This document shows, one piece after another, positions 32,420 through 41,964 of a DNA stretch of 64,000 nt. This DNA comes from Vicinamibacteria bacterium. GTDB taxonomy: Bacteria; Acidobacteriota; Vicinamibacteria; Marinacidobacterales; Marinacidobacteraceae. A program made the position numbers and the translations under genes. The stretch spans positions 1,056,001-1,120,000 of the forward strand of contig CAXXLQ010000004.1 of NCBI GenBank assembly GCA_963668695.2, given 5' to 3'. Below the pieces are notes generated by a model. That model saw only the letters and a program-made list of their open reading frames with translations. It had not been told where the DNA came from and did not search any database. Numbering within the stretch: the stretch's first letter is position 1; the number at the start of each line of letters is the position of its first letter.

Positions 32420-32851
32420 CTAGCTGTTTGAGGCGCCGGCCGGCCGCGAACCCCTGGCGTTGCCCGTCCCTTGAGGTCGTGCGCGCTTGAAATCGCGGTG
32501 TACCTGGAAGTGCGCGCCATCCGCATCGCTTTGTGCTTCGAGCGTCAGGGTGGCGGCCTGGACGGCGACACCGGCGATGGACCCGCCGGAATGCACGATC
32601 ACATCCTGCGCTTCGATCTCCCCGGCGACCCGACCTCCGCTTTCGACTACCACCCGGAGAGCAAAGATCCTCCCGTCGAAGTTTCCCGAATTGCCTACCG
32701 AAACTTCGTCCTCCGAGTGGATTTCGCCGACAAATTCGCCGTTCACGTTAAACGGCCCCGGCGCATTGAGTCGGCCCGACAGGCGCGATCCGGATCCGAC
32801 GTATCCGCCATGGGCGTCCCGGGATGGGTCTCTTGCCATCGTTCTATTCAC
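32420..32851 (-). CDS. Bactofilin (polymer-forming cytoskeletal protein)
   Basis: Gly/Val beta-helix repeats (VNGEFVGEI, GNFDGRI, GRVAGEIEA). Confidence 0.75.
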   Translation of the reverse strand: MNRTMARDPSRDAHGGYVGSGSRLSGRLNAPGPFNVNGEFVGEIHSEDEVSVGNSGNFDGRIFALRVVVESGGRVAGEIEAQDVIVHSGGSIAGVAVQAATLTLEAQSDADGAHFQVHRDFKRARPQGTGNARGSRPAGASNS

Positions 32852-33702
32852 TCACTTCCGGTTTCACCGGTCAATAAAACAAAAATGCGGTGGAGGTCAT
32901 CCTCTGAGAGAAATTGTATCTGCACGGCGCCACCCTTGCCACGCCGTCGGATTTGCACCGGGAAGCCAACGGATCTCTGCATCCGTTCCTGAGCGTCCCG
33001 GGTGTTGGGATCCACTGCGGCGGGCTTGGACCGGTGAACCCCGCCGAACCCCTCGTCCCGAGCCCGCTTGACCCGTCGCTCAACCTCCCGCACCGAGAGG
33101 TCGCCCTGGACGATCTCTTTGGCCAGTTGAGCCTGGCTCGCGCTTTCGAGCGGAATCAGCGCCCGTCCCGCCGCGGCCCGTAGTTCCCCCGTTTCCACCA
33201 TACGACGGACCTGGGGTGTCAGCTCCAACAGGCGAAGCGTGTTGGTGACTGCCGTCCGGCTTCGTCCCACCTCCGAGGCGATGGCATCGTGGGTCATGCC
33301 TCCCAAATCGGCGAGCCGACGAAAGGCCAGCGCTTCCTCTATCGGGTTGAGATCTTCCCGTTGCAGATTTTCGACCAACGCCAGCAGCCCAACATCTTCA
33401 TTGGACGCTTCACGAACCACGACCGGGACGCGCTCGAGTCCTGCCAATCGGGCTGCCCGCCAGCGGCGCTCGCCGGCAATGACCTGAAACTTACCGGCAT
33501 GTGCCCGGACAACAATGGGTTCGATGACACCCCTGGCGGCGATCGAGGCGGCGAGTCCTTCGAGATCCTCGGCGGCGATCTGAGAGCGGGGCTGCTCGGG
33601 GTTGGGCACCAGTTCCTCGACCCGCAGAGACCGGAAGACCTCCGTCGGAGCAGCCGACGGCAACAAGGCGTCGAGACCGCGCCCTAGCCCTCGTCGCTTC
33701 AT
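32848..33702 (-). CDS. parB: Chromosome partitioning protein ParB
   Basis: RGLGRGLDAL, PNPEQPR, AGERRWRA, ENLQREDL, HTH. Confidence 0.96.
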   Translation of the reverse strand: MKRRGLGRGLDALLPSAAPTEVFRSLRVEELVPNPEQPRSQIAAEDLEGLAASIAARGVIEPIVVRAHAGKFQVIAGERRWRAARLAGLERVPVVVREASNEDVGLLALVENLQREDLNPIEEALAFRRLADLGGMTHDAIASEVGRSRTAVTNTLRLLELTPQVRRMVETGELRAAAGRALIPLESASQAQLAKEIVQGDLSVREVERRVKRARDEGFGGVHRSKPAAVDPNTRDAQERMQRSVGFPVQIRRRGKGGAVQIQFLSEDDLHRIFVLLTGETGSE

Positions 33703-34475
33703 CGGGACAGAACCTCCTGCGCCAGTTCGGCGTACGCGACGGCGGCGCTGGACCTCGGATCGAAGACCTGCACTGGAAGTCCATACGAGGGCGCTTCCGC
33801 GGCCCGAACGGAGCGCGGGATGATTGAGCGCAATACCCGCCCGCCGAGCTTGCTCCGCACCTCGGCGATCACTTCCCGCGAGAGATTCGTGCGCCGGTCA
33901 GCCATGGTGAACAGTACCCCCAACAGATCGAGGCCGGGGTTCCATGCCCCCCCGATCCGCGCCACGGTTTCGAGAAGCCGGGACAACCCCTGCATGGCGA
34001 AGAACTCGCATTGGATGGGTACCAGGACCGCCTGGGCGGCCACCAGGGCATTGACGGTCAGCAATCCGAGGGACGGTGGACAGTCCAGCAGAACGAATTC
34101 GATGGCCGGGTCGTGTCGGGCGAAACCCGAGAGGCTCCGACGGAGCCGCAAAGCCCGTCGCTGAGGATCTGGTTCGTCGGCAGCGATCTGCAGGTCCGCG
34201 GCAGCCAGCGAGGGATCTGAGGGGCACGCGATCAGGTTTGGAATGTCGGTTTCCAGAACGGCGCGGACGAAGGGCTCCTTGTCGACAAGAACGTCGTAGA
34301 TGCTGTATCCGTCCTCATCGATCTGAATCCCGAGGCTGGTGGTGAGATTGCTCTGAGGATCGAGATCCACAACCATGCACCGGTGCCCCTCCATCGCGAG
34401 AGCGGCACCCAGATTCACCGTTGTGGTGGTCTTGCCAACGCCTCCCTTCTGGTTGACGACCGCCAGAATCCTCAT
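33699..34475 (-). CDS. parA: Chromosome partitioning ATPase ParA/Soj
   Basis: NQKGGVGKTT, DLDPQ, DCPPSLG, EAPSYG. Confidence 0.96.
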   Translation of the reverse strand: MRILAVVNQKGGVGKTTTTVNLGAALAMEGHRCMVVDLDPQSNLTTSLGIQIDEDGYSIYDVLVDKEPFVRAVLETDIPNLIACPSDPSLAAADLQIAADEPDPQRRALRLRRSLSGFARHDPAIEFVLLDCPPSLGLLTVNALVAAQAVLVPIQCEFFAMQGLSRLLETVARIGGAWNPGLDLLGVLFTMADRRTNLSREVIAEVRSKLGGRVLRSIIPRSVRAAEAPSYGLPVQVFDPRSSAAVAYAELAQEVLSR

Positions 34476-34520
34476 CTGGAGAATCCCGAGAGTACCACGG
34501 CGATCCGTCCCGGCGCGGTG

Positions 34521-34536
34521 TGTTTCACGTGAAACA
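34521..34536. promoter_or_regulatory. parS centromere site
   Basis: Perfect TGTTTCACGTGAAACA palindrome 45 bp upstream of parA. Confidence 0.92.
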
Positions 34537-34548
34537 CCGCAGGGTTAG

Positions 34549-34799
34549 CAGCCTGTGGTGAAACCCGGGTGAGCGCCGAGCCCGGGGAGGCCCAGTTCTC
34601 CCGGTGAGGCCAGTCCTCCCGGTGGGCGCCCGGCTGACAAGGCGCGTGAGGGAGGAGCCCCCACCGGGAGAACTGGCCCGGGTGTGTTTCGACCGAAACG
34701 CAACGCAGAACGGAGCGAAGCGGAGTGGTTCAGCCGGGATGGATCGCCGGGCGAGCCCCCACCGCGAGAACTGGGCCGCCTGGGTTTCACCACAGCCTG
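34549..34799 (+). mobile_element. MITE-like repeat copy
   Basis: TTAG|cagcctgtggtgaaaccc...gggtttcaccacagcctg|TTAG (direct 4-bp flank). Confidence 0.85.
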
Positions 34800-34816
34800 T
34801 TAGGACAGCGCTCTAG

Positions 34817-35132
34817 CAGCCTGCGGTGGAACCCGCGTGAGCGCCGAGCCCGGGGAGGCCCAGTTCTCCCGGTGGGGCCAGTCCTCCCGGTGGGCGCCCG
34901 GCTGACAAGGCGCGTAAGGGAGGAGCCCCCACCGGGAGAACTGGCCCGCGTGTATTTCGACCGAAACGCAACGATGAGCGACGCGCAGCGACGCGGTTCA
35001 GCCGGGATGGAGCCGAGCCCCCACCGGGAGAACTGGGCCGCGTGAGTTTCATTACCGGTTGTTTGGCCGGGATGGATCGCCGGCCGAGCCCCCACCGGGA
35101 GAACTGGGCCGCGTGGGCTTCATCACCGGCTG
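34817..35132 (+). mobile_element. MITE-like repeat copy with duplicated right half; overlaps the rsmG stop
   Basis: CTAG|cagcctgcggtggaaccc...catcaccggctg. Confidence 0.8.
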
Positions 35133-35779
35133 CTTGGGTGTGGTCGTCCCGTCCAGACAATGCCCCGTTCCGCCGGAATGAAGTCTTCTTCGAAGAGACC
35201 CCTGGCGAGCGCCGCTCGTTCCCGAGCCGGACGGGTTGTCGGCCAGATCACCGGTGCTCCGGGAGGCATGCTGCCCGCAAGCAACCTCCACTCCGCAGTC
35301 TGAAGTTTGACCGCGCGCATCGTTACCGCGGACATGCGAGCCAACTCGGTGCGCCCCGTCTGAGACTTCAAGAAATCCTTGAGTCGTTGCCTGATTACTC
35401 GAACGCGGGGGGTGAGACCAAGGGTCTCCGTGGCCATTTCCAAAAACCCGGCGGGGCCACGCCGCGGTTCCAGAAGAATCCATTCTCCGGAATCGCACGC
35501 CAGAGCCAGGGGCAGCGCAGGTGTCCCGCCGCCACTCCCGATGTCAAGGTAGGGACCCCGTTCGGGCAGAACGGCCCGCAGCAGAAGCGCCTCTCGAAAG
35601 TAGTAGCGCGCCAGATCCTCGGGCGAGCGAAACCCCACGATGCCCGCCCCCCTCCAGGCGCGCACCATTTCAAACAGTTGCGCGAGTTGTTCAAACACCG
35701 GAACGGAAAGCGGCGGCTGGATGTCCGAAAGCGTGTCGCGCAGCGGGCCGGAGGACGGACCCGCCGCTCCTTCGGTCAC
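35123..35779 (-). CDS. rsmG: 16S rRNA m7G527 methyltransferase
   Basis: LDIGSGGG.P and VTMRAV; GTG start overlaps the yidC stop; upstream of parA. Confidence 0.8.
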   Translation of the reverse strand: MTEGAAGPSSGPLRDTLSDIQPPLSVPVFEQLAQLFEMVRAWRGAGIVGFRSPEDLARYYFREALLLRAVLPERGPYLDIGSGGGTPALPLALACDSGEWILLEPRRGPAGFLEMATETLGLTPRVRVIRQRLKDFLKSQTGRTELARMSAVTMRAVKLQTAEWRLLAGSMPPGAPVIWPTTRPARERAALARGLFEEDFIPAERGIVWTGRPHPSSR

Positions 35780-37541
35780 TTGCCGGCCGACGGTTTCCGT
35801 TCCGAACCGCTCTTCCTGCGCTTGCCTTTCACCACCACCTGTCCGGCTTTCGCCTCCGCCGCCCGGCGGTCCATGATGCGTATGGTCACCGCCTGCTGCC
35901 CCATGGAGATCAGGTTGTTTGCAAACCAGTACAGCACCAACCCCGAAGGCGCCCACGCCAGGATCAGGGTGAACACCACCGGCATGAACATCATGATCTT
36001 CGCCTGTACGCCCTCCGCCTGAGTCACGGTCATGCGCTGCATGATCAACTGACTCACGCCCATCAGGATCGGCAGGATGAAGTACGGATCCTCACGGGAC
36101 AGGTCCTGCACCCAAAAGACAAAGGGGGCGTGCCGGAGTTCCACCGACACCACCAGCAACCGGTAGAAGGCAAAGAAGAAGGGAATCATCAACACCATGG
36201 GAAGACAGCCGCCGATGGGCGAGACGTTGTGCTCCCGGTAGAGCGCCACCATCTCCTGATTCATCTCGCTCTTTTGGGGTCGGTCGGTTTTAGACCCCGA
36301 TACCGGTCCTGAATCCGCTTTACCTGCGGACTGATCTTCTGCATCCGCCGGATGGAGACGTAGCTGTAGTGCTTCAGCGGGGCCAGCAGAAGGCTGATCA
36401 ACATTGTCACCAGCACGATGGCCCATCCGTAGTTCCCGAGCAGGTCGTAGGCCCAGAGCAGCGCCTGCCGGATCGGAACCACCAGGAAACGCAGCCAGGC
36501 CCCGAATTCCACGATGTCCACCCCTAGGTCGGCCAGCAACTCCACCTGTTTCGGACCCACGAAGAGCGCGAACTCGCTCACATTCGTGGATCGAAGACGG
36601 GCGACCAGCAGGTTGCGCGACCCACTCGCGTCCTCGGGAGGGACTTCGAAGCTCTCCCACGGAATCGTGAGCGCCTCCAGCCTCCCCTCGTAGCGCTGGC
36701 CAGGCTCGGCAACGAGCAGTCCCGCGAAGTAGTGGGACGAAACTCCAACCGCCTGGGCCGAAAGGCTCGCCGCTTCTCCCTCCGCTACCTCGGAGAAAGA
36801 GAAGAGTCGGCTCTCGCCTCCTGCTTCGATGACTCCCTGCTCCGCTCCGAGATACCTGCCCCTCGAGCTTTCGTTCTCGATCCCGGGACCGAACAGCACC
36901 TCCTTGAGCTGCTCCGCACCGCCCCGTTTCGCCGAAACCATCACCTCCATGCGATAGTCGTCCCCTCGGACCCGAACCGTCTTCGACACCTCGAGGCCGT
37001 CGCTGGAGGCCCACCGAAACTCGATTTCACGCGATGCCCCGTCCCTCAAATCGAGACGGATGGGCCCTGATCGGACCTGCCCATCAATGGCAACTTCGTA
37101 AAGCGCCGTCGTCAGGCGGGACGGGGACGGATCTCCCGGGAGGATCACGTCGAGTGGCCGGACCGAGTTCACCAGATCATCGCCTTGCGGCACCGTCTCC
37201 AGAGGAGCTCCCAGAGAATCCGTGTGCTCGAAGAGCCGCAGCCCCTGGAGCCGGGCACCCCGGTTCGTGAACTCAGCCACGTAACGGCGTGTTGCCACGG
37301 TGATCGTCTGTTCCCGCTCCGCCTCCCGTGATTCGACAAAAACCTGGGGCGGCGCAGCTTCCGCCACCCTGTCATTCGGGTCAGGCGCCGGAAGCGGTGC
37401 GACCGCCGCGGTGGTCGGTGCGGTGGTCCGCGCTTCCTGCACCGGAGCGACCGGGGGCGCACTCTCGGGTCCGAAGAAACGGACGAAGAGCAGGAAGACG
37501 AAAAACGACAGCAAGAACGCGAGAAGAACGCGCCGTTCCAT
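35776..37541 (-). CDS. yidC: Membrane insertase YidC, split into 36261-37541 and 35776-36264 by a single-base frameshift
   Basis: N part has MERRVLLAF, FVGPK, GNYGWAI, MQKISPQ; C part has LYREHNVSPIGGCLP, PSGLVLYW in another frame. Confidence 0.88.
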
Positions 37542-37547
37542 ACCTAG

Positions 37548-37765
37548 CAGTCCTTGGATGAAGTAGCGTGGACGCCGTGAGCGCGGCGACCCGGCCCCGG
37601 CGTATTTCGGCCGACGTGCCCGGATGCGCGCCGCGACGGGCCAATGTTCCCGGTGGCTGGGCGGCCAGTCCTGCCGGTGGGGGCCAGTCGGGATGACAGC
37701 CGGGATGAATCGCTGCTCACGCCCCCACCGGGAGAACCGGGCCGCGTGACTCTAGTCACAGGCTG
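37548..37765 (+). mobile_element. Degenerate MITE-like copy just upstream of yidC
   Basis: CTAG|cagtccttggatgaagt...tcacaggctg with decayed core; the end is duplicated at 37771-37784. Confidence 0.65.
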
Positions 37766-37784
37766 CCAACTCACAGGCTGCCAA

Positions 37785-38217
37785 CAGCCTGTGGTGGAAC
37801 CCGGGTGAGCGCCGAGCCCGGTGAGGCCCAGTTCTCCCGGTGGGGCCAGTTCTCCCGGTGGGGGCCCGGCTGACAAGCCGCGTGAGGGAGGGGCCCCCAC
37901 CGGGAGAACTGGCCCGGGTGTATTTCGACCGAAACGCAAGGCAGAACGGAGCGAAGCGGAGTGGTGAACAGCCGGTGGTGGAACCCGCGTGAGCGCCGAG
38001 GCCGGTGAGGCGCTTGGCTGACAAGGCGCGTGAGGGAGGAATACCGGGTGTATTCCGACCGAAACGCAACGATGAGCGGCGCGAAGCGACGCGGTCAGCC
38101 GGGATGGATCGCCGGCCGAACGCCGCGCGGGTTTCATCACAGGCTGTTTGGCCGGGATGCATCGCCGGGCGAGCCCCCACCGGGAGAACTGGGCCGCTTG
38201 GGTTTCGCCACCGGCTG
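37785..38217 (+). mobile_element. Two-level nested MITE (inner complete copy at 37969-38146)
   Basis: Outer left half, ggtgaa|inner copy|tttggccggg, outer right half. Confidence 0.85.
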
Positions 38218-38490
38218 TTCACTCCCCTCCCGCTCGGGTACGGGTACGGCGTCGTACCCGGACCCACCGAACGGGTGGCAACGCAACAGCCGCCGTGCGG
38301 TTAGCACGACCCCCCGGCCAGGGCCATGAGTCCGAATCGCCTCTTCGGCATACCGGGAGCACGACGGCTGAAACCGGCAAACCCCCGCGAAAAGCGGACT
38401 GAGCGCAACGCGATACAGGCCGATGAGGCTCACGAGGGGGCCCGTGAGACCCCGCCCGACGAGTTCTCCGAGGCGCTTCGATTGGCTCAC
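38137..38490 (-). CDS. yidD: Membrane protein insertion efficiency factor
   Basis: YR..LSP...[16 protein letters not shown]...[12 protein letters not shown]; tail reads into the MITE. Confidence 0.9.
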   Translation of the reverse strand: MSQSKRLGELVGRGLTGPLVSLIGLYRVALSPLFAGVCRFQPSCSRYAEEAIRTHGPGRGVVLTARRLLRCHPFGGSGYDAVPVPEREGSEQPVAKPKRPSSPGGGSPGDASRPNSL

Positions 38491-38515
38491 CGTGGCACTC
38501 CCGTGGGGCCGCCGA

Positions 38516-38989
38516 CTACGTCCGAACCCGGGGCTGCGACCGTACGGGGCCCTGGGCGCGCGTCGCCTCTCCGGAGGATCTGCGGCGGGGGCGCGTCCGT
38601 CCCAATGCCATCCTGGTGGCGTTTCGGTACGCCCGGACCACCTTGTTCCAAGACGCCCCCTGGATACCCCGACGCGCGATCAGAACAAGATCCCCGGCAG
38701 GGCGGTCCGCCGTCCGGCGGTAAACCTCCCGCAGCAGACGCTTCGCCCGGGAGCGCTGGACGGCGCCTCCTACCTTCCGGCTGGCGACGACCCCCAGCCG
38801 CGATGGGATTCCGCCGGTGCCACCGGCCAGCCAAATGGCCACCAAGTACGGGGAAACACCGCGCGAACCCGAGGACATGATGGTCTGAAACTCCGAAGAT
38901 CGCCCAATCCGCTCGGCGCTCCTGAGAGATTCGTCCCGCTTCCCTGCCGGAAGAGGCAGCCGACGACCGTCCCCCCTTTCCTCACCCAC
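38516..38989 (-). CDS. rnpA: Ribonuclease P protein component
   Basis: [25 protein letters not shown] and DLVLIAR; start estimated. Confidence 0.88.
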   Translation of the reverse strand: MGEERGDGRRLPLPAGKRDESLRSAERIGRSSEFQTIMSSGSRGVSPYLVAIWLAGGTGGIPSRLGVVASRKVGGAVQRSRAKRLLREVYRRTADRPAGDLVLIARRGIQGASWNKVVRAYRNATRMALGRTRPRRRSSGEATRAQGPVRSQPRVRT

Positions 38990-39078
38990 GACGGAATCCT
39001 TCAGCAGTCGGAGACTACTCGCTCGCACCAAGCGGGAAGCACCGTTCGCGGCGCAGCGGACGGGTCGCCGGTCGTGAG

Positions 39079-39293
39079 CAGCCTGTAGACAAAGTGGCGC
39101 GGCCCAGTTCTCCCGGTGGCGGCTCGGCTGGCCATCCATCCCGGCTGAACCGCGACACTACGCGCCGCTCATCGTTGCGCTTCGCTCGAAATACACTCGG
39201 GCCAGTTCTCCCGATGGGGGCTCCTCCCTCGCGCGCCTCGTCAGCCGGGTGCCTCGCCAGCCTCGGCGCTCACGGCACTTCATCTACAGACTG
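39079..39293 (-). mobile_element. MITE-like repeat copy
   Basis: cagcctgtagacaaagtg...cacttcatctacagactg|CTAG (rpmH stop). Confidence 0.85.
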
Positions 39294-39428
39294 CTAGGCC
39301 GACAGCCTTCGGCGGCCCCGACGACGACGCCGGGCCAGGACCGCGCGACCTCCCGGAGTGCTCATCCGTGCCCGGAAACCGTGCTTCCGCTTCCTGCGCC
39401 GCTTATTAGGCTGAAACGTCCGTTTCAC
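39294..39428 (-). CDS. rpmH: 50S ribosomal protein L34 (44 aa, not in ORF track)
   Basis: GTG start; [44 protein letters not shown]. Confidence 0.96.
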   Translation of the reverse strand: MKRTFQPNKRRRKRKHGFRARMSTPGGRAVLARRRRRGRRRLSA

Positions 39429-39796
39429 GGAAATACCTTCCCCAAGTCATTGAATATACAAGAAAAGCCGGCTAGCACCGCTGCTGCCGCAGCACCACCC
39501 CACCGAGCGCGACAGTATACCGGCAAAGCACGTTTCACGTAAAGTGCATTCTGTTTCTTTTTCGCCCACGCCTACCGTCCATGGTGCCCTAAGCGTTTCT
39601 CGCCGGGCGAGGACTCCCGTTCTGTAACTGTGTCCGAAACGCCGGCACAACACTGACGGTGGGCTGGCAGGGCTGCGAAAACGTCACGCGGAATCCCGCC
39701 GCGCTGCATATCTCACGGGGAATCCTTGGCGTTCTCGAACCCTGTTGACGCGCCCCGAAAGGGCGTTGCTAGAGTCCGTCGCAGTCACCGAGAGCC

Positions 39797-41284
39797 GTGC
39801 CGCTACCCACCCGGCACTCGGTTCCTTTTCTTTTCTCGTCTCAGCCACGGCTGCGTCAGACAGCCAGAATTTTAGACATTTCCTTGGACAAGACACGGCT
39901 CGCAACGGCCACTCCTGACATTCGAAAACCCGACCGGGAGGTGTGGCTCGGGGTGTTGTCCTCAATCAAGACTCGCCTCCCCGCCCGCGAATACAACACC
40001 TGGTTCGGACCCGCGCGCTTCCTCAGCGCAGAAGGCGATGTGGTCCGAATCCAGGTCCCCAATGCCACGTTCGCCAACCATCTCGAGGTCAAGTATCGAG
40101 CCCGGATCCTCCGAGCCTTCGAGGCCGCGGGCAACCCCGTGACAGCAATTCGCTGCCATGTCTCCGAGAAGTCATCAGAGACCTCCGACCTCCCGGAAGT
40201 TCCCCCCCCAGGCACGGGCATCCATGCGGACGAATCCGGGCGGTGGACGACACAGAGCGATCCCTTGTCCGCCGACTACTGCTTTGACTCCTTCGTAGTA
40301 GGCGCGAGCAACCGTTGCGCCTACTCGGCGGCCCTGGCAGTGAGCGATCCGGGGGTCCACAATTCCCCTTACAACCCGCTCCTCATCTACGGCGACGTCG
40401 GGCTCGGGAAAACCCATCTGCTTCAGGCCATTGCCCGACGGCTCCTCGACGAAAACCCGAATATACGAATTCTCTATACGAAGGGAGAAGCGTTCACCCG
40501 CCACGTGGTAAACGCCGTCCGAACGCAGAATCTCTATGGGTTCAGGGACGAGTGCGCCCGGCTCGATGTGTTGTTGGTAGATGACATCCAGTTCATCGCC
40601 GGTCTGGATCGCTTCGGCCGCAGCACGGAAGAGTTCTTCCACACGTTCAATGCACTTTCGGAGCGAGGCCGGCAAATTATCCTGACCGCCAACGCCCACC
40701 CCCAGGACATCCAGAACCTGGATGCCCGGGTCAAGAGCCGCCTGGAGTCTGGACTGACGACCGATGTCGGGCACCCGGACTGGGAGATGCGGGTAGCAAT
40801 CGTCCTCCGGAAGGCAGCGGCCCTCGGCGTCGATCTACCCGATGGGATAGCGCAAACGATCGCGTCCCGCTACAAGAACAATGTCCGGGAACTCGAAGGA
40901 TCCATCAAGCGCCTGATAGCCACCTCCCGCGCCGAAGGTGTCGAGATCTCTGCCCGCCTCCTCGACCGCATCCTTTCGGCACTTCCCTCGAGGCGGGCTA
41001 GTCGTCCTTCCATCCAGCAGGTGCTGCTGGCCGTGGCGACCGCCTTCGGCTTGCCCCCGCTCCGACTTACCGGCCCGCAACGCTCCCAGGAGATCGTCCT
41101 GGCCCGTCACGTCGCGATGTACCTGTGCCGCGAAGTAACCGGACGTACCCTCAAGGAAATCGGCAAGGAACTCCGTCGGGATCATTCGACCGTGACTCAC
41201 GGCATCCGCCGCATTGCCGCACAGCGCGAGAGGGACCTGGGACTGGACCGCGTGCTGGAGCGCCTCTTGCGCCAACTTTCCTGA
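39797..41284 (+). CDS. dnaA: Chromosomal replication initiator DnaA
   Basis: YNTWF, FDSFVVG.SN, YNPL.IYG.VGLGKTHL, DDIQF, RELEG, RDHSTV; true start may be TTG 39884. Confidence 0.96.
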   Translation: MPLPTRHSVPFLFSSQPRLRQTARILDISLDKTRLATATPDIRKPDREVWLGVLSSIKTRLPAREYNTWFGPARFLSAEGDVVRIQVPNATFANHLEVKYRARILRAFEAAGNPVTAIRCHVSEKSSETSDLPEVPPPGTGIHADESGRWTTQSDPLSADYCFDSFVVGASNRCAYSAALAVSDPGVHNSPYNPLLIYGDVGLGKTHLLQAIARRLLDENPNIRILYTKGEAFTRHVVNAVRTQNLYGFRDECARLDVLLVDDIQFIAGLDRFGRSTEEFFHTFNALSERGRQIILTANAHPQDIQNLDARVKSRLESGLTTDVGHPDWEMRVAIVLRKAAALGVDLPDGIAQTIASRYKNNVRELEGSIKRLIATSRAEGVEISARLLDRILSALPSRRASRPSIQQVLLAVATAFGLPPLRLTGPQRSQEIVLARHVAMYLCREVTGRTLKEIGKELRRDHSTVTHGIRRIAAQRERDLGLDRVLERLLRQLS

Positions 41285-41336
41285 CCCCCTTCCGGGAAGC
41301 CCCGGAATCTTCGCTGGCACTTCGTTCGCGGGCGGG

Positions 41337-41525
41337 CAGCCGGTGGACAAGTGGCGTGGGTGCCGAGGCCGGTGAGGCCCAGTTCTCCCGGTGGGGCCAG
41401 TTCTCCCGGTGGGGCCAGTTCTCCCGGTGGGGCCAGTTCTCCCGGTGGGGCCCCGACTGCCAAGGCGCGAGAGGGAGGGGCCCCACTGGGAGACCAAGGC
41501 CCGCGTGACCCTTGTGCACCGGCTG
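41337..41525 (+). mobile_element. Internally deleted MITE copy with a 4x18-bp tandem array (41379-41450)
   Basis: IR cagccggtggacaag / cttgtgcaccggctg; (ccagttctcccggtgggg)x4. Confidence 0.8.
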
Positions 41526-41599
41526 CTGGGGCCGTCCGGGCAAGCCCAGAACAGCCTGCAACGGGCCAACCGCGAAGGAACCCACGGGATGTCCCCTCG

Positions 41600-41845
41600 G
41601 GGAAAACGTGGGGAAAACAGCAGGAATTCATGGGGATTCAGATTGGAAACACGGCGCTTTTGTGACGTCCATGGACCACTTCTTTGGTTACCCCCCGGAC
41701 ACCACCGCCGAGCGGGCACTCCGCCAACAACCCTGCAATACCTGAAACTCACGATAATTCAATGGCTTACAGGTTCCATGCCCACTTTCCACAACCCTTA
41801 TTTCTAACTATAATTCCCCTTCTGACAGCTCTCCTTTCTATTGAT
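41600..41845. other. Probable oriC unwinding region
   Basis: dnaA-dnaN intergenic, locally AT-rich; degenerate DnaA box ctttccaca at 41785-41793 followed by accc and ttatttctaactataatt. Confidence 0.55.
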
Positions 41846-41964
41846 TCGCCCGATCCGCGCGCCACTCGGATTGTTGTCTCGCGGCGTATCTGACCCCGTA
41901 GTAATCCGCGAGCGATTCTCTGAGTCCTCGCGTCGCCAGTTTCTGATTCAGAAAAGAGCACTCC

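Noticed and set aside
39421-39546. parS-like half sites cgtttcacgg and cgtttcacgtaaag
   Set aside because: Too degenerate on one arm; the first overlaps the rpmH start codon
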